From Gonapodya sp. JEL0774 (Eukaryota), in contig JADIIX010000060.1 in the NCBI GenBank assembly GCA_027604505.1, positions 62,001 to 126,000 of the forward strand: a stretch of 64,000 nt of DNA, given 5' to 3'. The translations under genes and the position numbers were made by a program. Under the pieces are notes generated by a model, which saw nothing but the letters and a program-made list of their open reading frames with translations, ran no database searches and was not told where the DNA came from. Below, piece by piece: positions 11,227 through 23,800 of the stretch (position 1 is its first letter; each line of letters begins with the position of its first letter).

Positions 11227-14200
11227 ATGTCAGGAAGCTCGAAAACTATCTTTGAATCCAGTGTCCCCGGTAAGTTCCAATGGAATTTGGTTGGTGAACG
11301 ATTTAGTTTATCAAGGTTCATTTGCACATGATATTCAGCCCTGATGAACAAAGGGGAACCACCCGCACGCAAGAGCTATCAATTGCGCGCTTTGCTTCTC
11401 AAGTCTGCCGCATATCAGCGAAGACAGATTTGGAGCAATCTCAACAATGTTGTGTTTTGCCCGTTCCAAATGGTACGTCCACCAGAATTGATGATAACAG
11501 CTACAACTACAGAAATTGATCCGTGCCCGCCTTCTGTTTTGCTGCGCCTGTCTCGCAGCTACTCCTGGCCTGGTTGCTGCAAATCATAGTGCAGGGTGCA
11601 ATCGACAAAGCCTCGAAGGCCGGAGAGGAATACCTGTACTGCAGCAACGTCCCAGCCGTTCAATCCCTCAACCACTTACCAATCAGCGACACCGATCTGC
11701 TTCCAGCGCTAGGGTTGAATAATTATAGTGGCCCTCCCATAACAGCTGCCAAATACGAACGAGGTATTGTCAAACATGCCAACTCCTTCGGATTTTGTGA
11801 GTCAATATCTGCTATTCTCTATTGATTTTGAGCGATTAATTGAGATTTATGCCAATAGCTAGTCAGGTTGGCTTCGACAGATATATTGCCGGAAAGGCGG
11901 CAGGTGCAAGTCTGACATTGATTGGAAATCAGACATGTGAGCGGTGGATGGGAAGTGAGTTGTTTACGCGGATCTACCGAATCTCGACAGGACTAAATTC
12001 CCTCTACTATGTCCAAGCTGCATTTCCCGACTCCTGGAGCGTTCCCAATCCACCATATGATGCGCCCCTCAACAGTTCGTTTGCGGACGTACTTTCCCGG
12101 GATACGTAAGTTCCATGTTCATTCTAAGCACCTTGCAATTGCTGGTCTCACGGGGAGAGCAAACCACAAAAATAGAACTTATTGCCCCCAGCCGTCAACA
12201 GGCTGGCTTGGCGCAGTGATCGACCCCACATACCTCGCGCCCCTTCTGACCCAATATCAGTCTCTTCCTTGGTCACTCGTGTACGCGCCACCAGAGCTTC
12301 GCTCGTCCGTGGGAGGCAAAGCTTCATCTAAGATCAGTGCCAGTCTAACAGGCCGTGGCGGGAAGCTCGACCTGGAGCTAAGCGTCTCCGGCGGAACACT
12401 GCCCTTCAAGTTCGGACCGGTCACCAACACGTCAGATTCTGGCCTGCTATCTCTTTCCACCAATCGATTTTACGTCACTGATGTTGGTTACTCCCCCGCA
12501 TATCTGGCGGCGTTCGGATTCAACTCGCAGGATGTAGAGTATCCCGGAGCAAAAGACACTTCTAGAGGCCTTTCATATCTTCTCGAAGGTGGCTCTCTTC
12601 CGATCTCGCTACAACTGGCACCATACTTTCAAGACATCTCAGTTGAAGCCGACGGAAGTGAGACTTACAAAGGTGACCCAAACGCCATTGAGAAGGTGGT
12701 AGATGACAAAATTGGAGCAATTCTAGCAGAGTACGTTACCGTGCGATCAGAGCGAGCATCTCACATTGTGTTCACTTCCTGATTGCTGATACTACAGCAC
12801 CGTTATTCAACTCGCTCGCCTCAACAAAAGTGTTATAACCAAGAACGGAGTCGATCCGGGCACTGTAGCGCTCTTCCTACGTAATCTCTCCAGCATCACC
12901 ACCAATATTCCGAGCTCAGCGATTTACTTCCGCTCTCTGGACTTTCCTGGATTGGCATTTGAGGTGACGATTCAAGCTGGAACCGATCAGAGAGTTGCTT
13001 TGAGCTCGAATCTAGCCCCGCAATGGTTCAGAAGTTTGTTGGCGTTAACAGATCTGTCAAATATGCTGAGTGAGTTGTTCTGTATAGCATTGCTGTAAAT
13101 TTTGGAAGGATTCATTTGATCTAAATCCTCGGCCGGGAATAGTTCGACGGCTGGGATCACTCTTCCCAGCTAAGAATCTCTCATTTTCAACAATCTCACA
13201 AGGATTCCGTCACTTTCCAAGCTATGCCAGTGGTAGGCTCAAATTACCACTCGGGAGTTTGATCGGACCTTTCTTGTATCCATGGGGTGAGTCGATGCAA
13301 TGCAAATCCTTTTGTCCATCACGACACGCATTTTTTGTTTCTGCAAGGCGTATCCTTCATGGTTCCGCTTTTTGCAATGAATCTTGTCCAGGAGAAGGAG
13401 CAAAGGATATCGATAATGATGCAGATGGTGAGCGAACTTGTCCCAACGAATATAACGCAGTTAAAAGAAACATCCCTCGTTTCACAGAATGGTTTAAAAC
13501 TATCAACATACTATGTTTCGAAATACCTCGAATACTTTGGGCTCGCCATCTTATCGTCGATTGTGTTCCTTGCAGTGTGAGTAGCGATAATGGGGGGGAA
13601 GAGGGGGAAGGTATCGCTGAGGTTTATGACCACCGTTGGTTGTCGCAGTGGAACAGGTTTCAAGCTAGACATGTTCGTCAAAACGGGACCAGGGGTGCTC
13701 CCTCTGTTATTTGTCTTGTGGAGTGGACTTCAAGTTTCGCTGGCATTTTTTTTCGGCTCCTTCTTTGATCGCAGCCGAACTGCAAACAGTAAGGGAAATA
13801 GTCATACTTCTTTAGACTTATTCACTGATTTCTTCTTGCAAACAGTCGTTACATTTTTGTTTATGCTCTGCTCCGTGGGTGAGTGTGCAATTTTCACCTC
13901 AAGTCCTACCTCCCATCCACTGACGCGCAATAAAATCCACTTACAGTTGTGACTATTTCACTCCAAACCCTCTACGTGGATAGCCTTAATCCTCTCTTTT
14001 TTCTTTGGCCCCCGTTCGCGTTTTTCCGCAGTCTTGCGGACGTTAACAATGCTTCCTGGGTTGCCTCAGCACGCCCCTATGAACTCAGCACAATCCGACT
14101 ACCGGATGAAGTTGCCGTTGCGATAATCTTTATGGTTTTTGAGATCCCCTTCTTTTTATTTGCTGCCGCATACTCGTCGCAAGTGAGTATTCTCACATCG

Positions 14201-16061
14201 GATTTTTGGTGTCTCCAATCAATGAACACCCTCCAACTTCAGGTCCTGCCGTCTCAGTATGGTGTGCGACGACCATTTTGGTTCCCAATCACATATTTGA
14301 TCCGCTTGATGCGGAACTCCAGGCCGGTTGTGCACACTTCCAACGAGGCAACGATGGGGAAGCGCGTCACCGTGAATGATCATGCGACACCTGTGGAGCT
14401 GGGCTCGGTGTCGCATATTGTGTCGATCGCGGAAGAGAATGACGATGTTCGGGACGAACGTGCTCGAGTTTTGGCGAGACGCTTCAATCCGGACACAACT
14501 CCTTTGTACATGGAAGGAATGCAAAAGGTTTGCACTTCGTTCATGGAATCTTGCTGACAGTGTTTTGATTTTACATACTTTTGCCCTTAGATATATGAGT
14601 CGCGTCTAGGAAAACCTCCTAAAGTCGCAGTGAATGATGTCTCCATCGCTGTGGAGCAAGGTACAGTCTTCGGGTTACTCGGACCAAATGGTGCAGGTAC
14701 GTGCGTTTGGGCCTTTGACTGTGTCTGAAAACGTCGATCGATCACGGTTAAACTCATGGGTATAGGTAAAACTACCTTGATAAACATGCTCACGGGGATT
14801 TATCCTCCCACGAACGGTCACGCGGTGGTTGCAGGACACAATATGCGTGGGTGCAATTGCACAGAAGGTTGGACCTAAACATCTGCCTTACAATTTGATA
14901 TGTTTGGATCACATCATAGGCACTGATATGGATGGAGTGTATCGAAACATTGGAGTCTGCCCTCAGCACGACATCTTATGGGAAGATTTGACAGTAGTGG
15001 AGCATCTTCTCTTCTGTGAGTCATTAACGATATGCTTTCTGGAACTGAATTTCATGCACAATTTTTTCTGGGATTAGATGCACGCCTGAAAGGAATACCG
15101 CCCTCTCAGGAACTTCAAGCAGTTGCGGCTTCAATTGAAACGGTTCGGCTCAGTGATCACGCCAAAAAACTCGCAAAGAAATTGAGCGGTGGCGAAAAGA
15201 GAAGGTTGAGCATTGCAATCTCGCTTGTTGGTAATCCATTGTGCGTTTTCTTGGATGAACCAACGGTGAGTTACTCCGAACGTTCATTATCTCTTGTGTT
15301 TTTGACACGCCCGTTGTCTTTCCGCCATCGCAATCAGACAGGACTCGATCCAGAAGTGCGTCGGGGGATCTGGGACATAATAAACACTGCTAAGGAAGGA
15401 AAAACAATTGTGTTGACGACGCACAGGCAAGAATGAACTAAAAGTTCGATCCAAACCCAGTGCACTGAGACATTCTCTAATTACAGCATGGAAGAGGCTG
15501 AAGTTTTGTGTCAGCGGATTGCCATCATGTCGAAAGGGACAATGAGAGTACGTTTGAATCGGTTCTCACTACTTCGAATCTGACCTTCTCACGTTTTGTC
15601 GAATTCAGTGTTTAGGGAGTGTACCCAGACTCAAGCAAGTATACGGCTCTGGATTTAAGCTGCAGTTTACCTCATCAAGTCAGGATATGTCTCGTGCAGT
15701 CAGGTATGGAAGTGTGGTCCATTCATGAATGTACCGTAACTTGGCGCTCAAACAAAACTACTTCCCCTCCATAAAGATATATCGAGTCGATTCTTCCATC
15801 TGGCTCATTTCAAAATATTGATGCTTTCTCCACTACCTGTGCCTACCAGTTCTCCCCAGTGCCTGGTCTTGTGGGAAATGTGTTCGAAGAATTGATGCGA
15901 GGAGCTCAGTCACACGGTATTGAGGATTGGGGCATATCGCAGACCTCTTTGGAGGAAGTCTTTTTGGCAATTATATCGTGAGTGGGGCTGATTCTGTTAC
16001 TTTGATTGTTATCTTACGATTCATTAACGGGTGCAGAGATGAAGACGCGGACGCGGACTAA
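11227..16061 (+). CDS. ABC transporter, subfamily A (half-size, TMD-NBD)
   Basis: N-terminal YQLRALLLKSAAYQRRQ; LVQEKEQRI; Walker A GLLGPNGAGKTT; GVCPQHDILW; signature LSGGEKRRLSIA; Walker B VFLDEPT; TTHSMEEAE; C-terminal WGISQTSLEEVF. Start codon inferred from splice phase. Confidence 0.92.
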
Positions 16062-16326
16062 AAAGAACTTTTTCGACGAATCATTGACAGGAAGCTGTAT
16101 TGTGTATTGTTTACTTAGAGGGAAGGATGACATCAATTTGCCACAGTAAGACTTGAGACTTGATGTATGACAACAAAATACATTTTACAACATGAAAGAT
16201 TAAATTGAAAGAGATATTACAGTTAATCCTTTGAAACACAGGTCTGGATCTGCTTCTAGGGCATTCACCCGGAATGGGTCTCGAAAGCAACATATAGAAA
16301 GAAATCGGACAAAAGGGCTGCCGTCT

Positions 16327-19300
16327 TCACCCCTTCTTTTCCTTCCTAGCTTCCAATTCTCTCTTCCAAGCCGGTATAGAGCTCTCATCCTTATCGATCG
16401 GCTTGGGCTTGACGGGAAGGGGTGGCGGTCTGGTGGTGGGCTTCGCCATGGTGGCGGTGACCGACTGGGAAGGAGTCTGTTCAACCACAGCAGATTTCTT
16501 TTGCCATACGGGAAGAGCATGAGCAGATTCCGATACAGGATCAGCGAGCACTACCCCCGTATTTCTCGGCCGTTCCTCCACCACCACAGGTTTGACACCA
16601 ACCTTGGCTGGAGCGGTGGGGTTAGAAGGAGCCATGGCGGTTTCCTTACGCTTTGCGAGGTCGCGCTTCCAGGCAGGTTCGGTCAATACATTAGAGACAG
16701 CCACAGTCTGCAATGGCGATGCAGGGTTGACGATGGCTAGCCCAGAATTCCGAGTTGGAACAGTACTTAGGGGTGGATCTGTAGTCATTGACTTTACTAG
16801 CGACTGCACCGCGACTTCTTCAATACGCGGACCGGAAGATGGCGTGACCTCTGACGTGCCTTTAGCGATATTAGATCCGACAGTGGCTGAACTTGCCGTT
16901 CCAATCGCCCTTGCCCTTAATTCCTTCTTCCATGCTGGTTCATTCATTTGCAGTTGTCCCTGGGCTCCCGTGGAAGAATCAGTCGCCCTCTTGCCATCCC
17001 CAACAATCACAGGTTCCGCTTGCGGACTGAGCTTCATTGCGTCAGAATTCCTTTTTACGAGAGGTGCCTCCGTGACGTAAGTGGGTGACTCAGATGTTGC
17101 AACCTTCGACACTGAGGGATCCGTGGGCTGAGGGTGTTTCCAGGTTGCTTGCACCGTCGATGTCGAGAGGTCGGGTTGCTTCCAGAGAGACTGATTCTGT
17201 TGTGCGTTTGCCACAGCGAGGGGCACAGAGTTTGTGCCTTCATTTGAGCTCGGACTAGAGGCGGGACTTGGCCTCATCCGTTCAATTTCGAGGGTGCGTT
17301 TTGGCGCGTGGTCCGCCAATTCACTTTCAGTCGCTGTTGTACTTGTCGGCGACGTCCCGGGAGACGCGGCACGAAGTTTGGAGCCGAGAGCAGCAATCCA
17401 GGCAGGGTTGGGGTGGTACGGATGAGGAGACTAGTACGGAAGATTCAGGGCAGTCTAGCACAGTGATGTACGGGCCGGGACAGTCCAAGCAAGGCAACCG
17501 AACCCACCTCACTCCCAGCTCCGCCTGATTCTTTTCTCTCCAAAGCTCCAATCGCTCCTCCACCGCTCATCTTCGGGCTCGCACCAGCTCCTAACATTGC
17601 AACCGAGGAGGCTGGAGCAGCAGGCAACCGAACCTCCATTTCCGCATCTCCACGTCCGGCTATCAACGACAACCCGGTGGTACTTCCGCCAGCATCGACT
17701 CTTGTCACGGTCGAGGATCCCGCAACAATGTCTGATGAGGTTGCTGTGATGTCAACCATCCTGTGCTGGGCAGCACGCAATGGAGCTTTTGATGGAACGG
17801 CTGGGGTGTTAGCCATCGGGAGAAATGGCGCCGAGCCAGGGGAAGAAGCTCGCGGACTGGAAGCGCCTGGCACGGGCTTCTTAGCAACGAGGGGTGCCGG
17901 CTGTGGTAGAGACCCTGAACTAGGAGAAGCTGACGATGCTGAGGTTGACGCTGCCGCGGATGCGTTTGCGGGGCGGATGGATGAAAGGAGGGAGGAACGG
18001 GGTGGTGGAGAGGGTCTATTAGAAGCTTGCGGAGCCGGAGAGGCTGAGAGAGCGGCAACAGACGACGGAGGTGCCTCAGGGGTCGTGTGGGGGAGCAGAG
18101 CAGTGGAGTTTGCCGGTGGGGCCGGCATAATTTTGGGGTGGAGGACTGGTGTGGAGTTCGCGGGCGGAGGCGGTGGTGTGAGTGTAGCAAGCATTGCGGT
18201 CGAATTTGCAGGTGGCTCTGGTGTGCGGGTACTGATCGCCGCTGACGAGTTAGTCGGAGGCGTAGTGACCACAGAGCCGGCCAAACCCATGTTTGATGAG
18301 ATGGAGTTTGTGGGAGGCGGAGGGGCGGGAGAGGTGAGCGACGGGAGGGAGGAGAGAGAGGATACAGGTGCAGTGGGGCCAGGTCGCGCGAAATGCTTGG
18401 GGATAGCGCTGACGGGCTTGAGAGCGGTGGCAGTAGGGGAAGTTGGGCTAGAATCTGATGTCGATGAGATCGGAGTTGTTTCATTAAATTCACTGGGAAG
18501 TGTCACTGCAGTTTGCTGAGATTCCGATTGAGCTGCGAGTGTGAGCGTCGCCACTGGTAGTTTGGCAGTCGGTCCAGGAACCTCATCACCCACTCCCGTA
18601 ACTCCACTTCCGGCGGTGGAGGGTGAGGATGGTGCGCCAGCGGACTTCGCATTCGGGTTCCTACTCATCGCCACTTTCAAGTGAGCTCCGAAAAAGGCCG
18701 CCGGCGATGACTTGGAAAGATCAGGAGCAGGAATGGTAGTGTTAGCATCGGTGGCATCTTTAAGATGAGGTCCATCGGAGGAGGGATTGGGACTATGTGA
18801 AGTCCCTGAGTGCGCAGGGGTCACCCAGTTTCCGGCGCTAGATGCTCGGTCACGTTCACGAGATTGTTCACCGAGTGCAAGTATTGCTTCTGCTTCAAGG
18901 GACGCCGCGTGTTCAGTCTTATGGGGTTTCTCATCAGCTGAGCTCTTGGCCCTGTCCTTTAGACCAACAGCTGCAGCAGTCGCACCTGCTCCCAAGCCCC
19001 CACCAGAAAGCAACTCGCACGAAGCTGCCCGAGAGTTCACTTGTGACCTCCGCCTTTCCTGACTTGCTTTCAGGGCACCCTGCAGATCCGAGAGTATATT
19101 AAGGGCGCCAGCCGAGCCCGCAGCACCAGGGATTCCGGATTTTCGAGAAGGTGCAGATGAGGTAGACGCTATAAATGGTGTCGCAGGCATTAACGCGGAT
19201 GTTGAGACTGATGTCGCTGATACAATAGAAGAGCCACACGCGGTGTCCGCCGGAACGGCTTCCGGCTTCCGATCTTCCCCAGCCCGTGCCGCAGCAGCTC

Positions 19301-19562
19301 GCAGATGTGTTTGTGTAGGGGGCCTTCGACCGCGCTGGCCCTTTGGTCGTGTCGCTGCGAGACGCCCCCCTACAGAGCTCGCAGTGGCCACGGCGAATGA
19401 GGCGAGCCGAACATGCGAATCACGGGGCATTGCAGACGACCCAAAAGTTGGAAGGGAATGTTGGGTCACAACTGAACCTGGAGTCCGATTCTCAGACTGA
19501 GAGGAGTCGGGCAATGCAGATGCTACAGCGGAGGCGACAGATTCACACCCGGAAGACGCCAT
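16327..19562 (-). CDS. Large Ser/Pro/Ala-rich disordered protein with a CPI-like motif and repeated PxW[K/R]xxL motifs (putative actin regulator)
   Basis: Two long ORFs are joined by a phase-0 GT-AG intron (17507-17431). Motifs TRPKGQRGRRPPT, NPAWIAALGSKLR, EPAWKKELRAR, EPAWKRDLAKRK, LPVWQKK, IPAWKRELEARK, and PPPLPVKP. Confidence 0.75.
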
Positions 19563-20801
19563 GTAAAGAGATATTCACTGCTGACGCCAGATCAGCCGGC
19601 CAAGGACGTGGCCAGACCCAAACTATGTATGATGTGTGCGGCCTACAACACACTCAAAAACAAGTGCTGCGATCTGTTGTCTTTGGTTGGTGCGAAGTCC
19701 GTGGCAACATAGCCGCACTCAGTGAATTTATTCCGATGGAAAGAAGCATGCTTATTCTCTGTCGAGTGTGGTGTATGTGGGGAAGACTTGTATGTAGATC
19801 TTAAATTCGCATCCCAAAGGACAAGCAGTCTCATAGATAGTCATTAAACAGCTGGAAATGCACATCATAAATCTTTCTAGATTAGGTGGTTCATGATTGG
19901 CAGGTGAAGTGAAAGATTGAGTTTTTGTTGGACAGCGAAGGAGCAGGGCGGAGGCCATGGAGCCAGCAGAGGGCGAAGAAGACGAGCGCAGCACACAAAG
20001 GCATCACCTCTTCTTACACTGTGCAAGAGCAACGCTTAATAGTCCAGGCTGATCTTGAGAAGCTATCTCTCTTCTCCGACAGTTCTGAGAAGATTAGTAG
20101 TGACCTGTGAGGAGTAAGGCGGTTTTACCTCGATTCTGGGAGCAGTGCCAGTGACGACGCGCTGAGGAGATTCGAAGACCGGTGAGTCTGCGCAGCGACA
20201 CTTGATGGAAGAGCTGGAAGTGAAAGGGGCATTCTCGGACAGAGACATTTGGGAGGGAGGAGCGGGGTAGAGTGCGCAGAACAAGAGGCCGGCGAACCGA
20301 GAACGGGGTTGACGCGCACATTGGGAAGTACCATTCGTCTGACGGAGAGAAATGAAGTTTGATTGTTGAGAATTCGAAGTACTTTGTATATGAGTGCTCC
20401 GCGGTTGTTCCAGGCACAGAGGATATGCTCGCAACCAAGAGAAACATCCTATACACGCGTTTGATGCGCGATTCTTCGTGGATATGAGAACAATGCGCTC
20501 CGACCAGAGTGTATCTCGAATTTTTCTTTTATATATCACTTCATAATAACTTGAGGGACGTGGGAAATCGGCTTTGTATTGCTTGAGGACTGGCGCGCTT
20601 TCGCCCACTACGAACGGGGGATGTCTTGAAGTCGTTTTATTGGCGGTCATTTTATCCCTGAGCAATATTATTGAACACCTGGTCCTGTTTCTTTCTGCCA
20701 CTCAAGTGGAAGCGAGTCTTACCTTTACTGGGAATCCAGGATCATCGATAGTTTGAGAAAACAAGGCCAACCTTGATTCCCAATCATCGGAAGGCAATAA
20801 C

Positions 20802-23800
20802 ATGGCTTCTCAGCTTCCAATTGCCTACCAAGGGTACTCAGCACAGGGTAACGCCAACCGTCCCTCAAACCAACAAAACCCCCCGCCCAGTAGCTACCCA
20901 AACATCGCTCACGTGCTGCAGCACACAGCTGCACAACTCAACGGCGCAAGGCCTCCCAACAACCTTTCCACTTCCGCCACGCCCATGTCTGCTGGCCTGT
21001 CGCCTGCATATGCTCAGTCGGCCGGATTCTCACAAGCACCAGTTCGACCGGGCCTTGGTCCAAACCATGCGCAGGTCCACTCGAACATGGGGTCAGCTCC
21101 GGGGTATAACTGGCAGCACTCTTCTAAGCCTGGACAATCTGGGTACTATGTCCCTCAACTCGGAGCCCAACTCACGGCGGGAACACAGCCAGGTAGCACC
21201 ATGGCCCTTCCGGCAGGAGTATCGATGGCAAGCGTGCAATCAATGCCGGCAAGTGCACCAAATGCTGCCGGACACTCAGTGAATACAACAAACGCCGCCG
21301 TTGCAAATGCTGTGATGCGAGCTGCGGTAACTTCTGGACTACCCATGCTAATGCCTCCAGGGTACACCATGCCTTATAGCGTGACCGGCGTAACAAGTAT
21401 GGCGAATATGGTCAATATTGCGAATGGATCGAATACGGTGAACATGGTTGGCGGCAGAGGTGGCGGCGGACGTGGAGGACGAGGGCGCGGGAGAGGTGGT
21501 AGACCTCCTGGCCCTGTCTCCAAAAAGAAGAAGAAGAAGAACGAGTGGGATGACGACGACGATCCGGAGCCAGACGTGACCGAACCCTCATCGTCGGATG
21601 AGTTTGAGGTTGACGACCCCACTGGTGGTGGTTCAGGAGAAGGGCTATCCTCAGACGAAGAATATCACGAACCAAAACCTAAAGCTGCCCAATTTAACGG
21701 TAGGCTAATGGCACCAATGGGGCTGAATGGGATGGACGCTCTGGGGTCTCCTCTCTATTCAGGAACTCCTAGCAGAACAGGCACCCCCGCCAGTGTCGGA
21801 TCTAGTAGAGGGGGGAAGCGAGGAAAGAAGGTGGGCTCGAAGAAAAAGAGAGGCGAGGACGATGATGATGACGAATTGGAAGAAGATGAGGAGGAGGACG
21901 GAGAGGCTGGTGCAGACGATAAAGAAAGGAAACCCCGAGGTTACTCTGGTAAATACATTGGAGTAACTCTCTTTGATGCTGTTGAAATGGGTCAAAACCT
22001 CTACTCTGTGTTTCAGGTGGTCCCACACTTGTGAAGCAAAAGCTCCCATCCTCCATCATATATCACGAGCGGGTCAACATTCCCTTCGGTGTGCGCGATC
22101 TTCAAAACATTGAAAAGGCTCTAGCATGGCGGCACGTCTCTCCGACAGCCCACCATAGTCACGCGGATCCTGATCCAAGCAGTGAAGAACCTTGCCCGCC
22201 TGGTAACCAAATACTTGTCAAGTATCGATTTTGCGCTTATTTGCATTGTCGATGGTTACCTGTATCGGATGTCGAACGGAGCAATCTCGGCAAAGGGAGG
22301 GTGAAGAAATTCATGGAAACTCACTACAACGGCTGGATGGCTTGGAACAACGAGGAGCCCTTCAATCCCAACTTCAAAATTGTAAGTTCTCTCAAATTTC
22401 ACTCTCATTAAGCTCACTAACTTTTCGAGCGGGTGCTCGGATATCAGCCTGATCGTGTCATTGATGAGGCTATGGGTGATAACGGAGTGATCTATTATCT
22501 TGTCAAATGGTCTTCCCTCGAGCATTCGGAATCGACTTGGGAGTCCGCCGATCTTTTGGATGATTTGTGTCCCGAATTGGTTGCGGTGTACAACACGCGT
22601 AAAATACTGGATCCTGGCAAACAGCAAAGTTTGTACAACAGGGCCCGACGGCCACAGCCAGGTACGCTCCAAAGGCTGGTAGAAAGTCCAGAATTCAAAG
22701 ATGGCAACAAGCTCAGGGCTTATCAACTTGAGGGTGTCAATTGGTTGATGCATTGGTGGGTGCTAGGGCCTTGACTTATCAACGTAGCCATCATTCACCT
22801 CCGATCTCGCCAGCTGGGCAAATCGCCAGAGCTCGATTTTGGCCGACGAGATGGTGAGAGGTGGAAACACGTTGGCTCCGCTGCGGATCACAATTCATGG
22901 TGTATTGCGGTCTTCAGGGTCTGGGAAAAACTGTTCAATCGATCGGACTCCTGTTTGAGCTGTATCATAAGTTCGGCATAAAAGGGCCGTTTTTGGTAAT
23001 TGCGCCACTTTCCAGTGAGTTCGCCTGCCGCACCCGATATCGTCTTTTGGTCCTCTCAAGTTAATTCCCTGACGTGAAACTATGTCGTAGCTTTGCCTAA
23101 CTGGGAGCGCGAGTTTAGCACGTGGACAGATATGAACGTGGTCGTTTTCCGCGGTCGCGAGACAACACGGCATCTTATCGTCGGCACAGAGTTCTATTAT
23201 ACGAACGCACAAGGCAACTACGTACCCAACATCTACAAATTCGATGTTCTCCTAACTACCTACGAGATGGCAACGATATCCGCCCCACAACTTCAGAAGA
23301 TCGACTTTGCTGTCGCAGTGATCGACGAGGCCCACAGGCTTAAAAGTGCGAAGAGCAAAACAGGCGAAACACTCAAGACCTACCGAATGGAGCACAGGGT
23401 CTTGTTGACGGGCACCCCTTTACAAGTAAGCACAAGTCCTCGGTTTCAATCGGCATTTATTCAAAATTGCAATTATCATCGTACATCGACTAGAATAACA
23501 TGGAAGAGTTATGGGCCATCCTGAACTTCCTTGAGCCGAGTCGCTTCAGGTAAAGATCAATTTGCCTTGAATGCTGATGTCATAACTTTCTCATCTTGTG
23601 AAATACACCCAGATCTGAGCAAGCATTCATCCAACAGTATGGTGCTTTGAAGACGGCGGAGGATGTCGTCCAGGTTCAAGAACTCTTGAAGCCTTTGATG
23701 CTTCGGCGCATGAAAGACGACGTCGAGGCGTCCATTCCCGTGAAAGAGGAAACCATCATCGAAGTCACGTTAACTCCCATACAGAAAAAGTACTACCGTG

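Noticed and set aside
20063..20701. 212-aa minus-strand ORF upstream of the disordered-protein gene
   Set aside because: No domain or convincing protein-like composition; probably divergent promoter or 5' UTR sequence.
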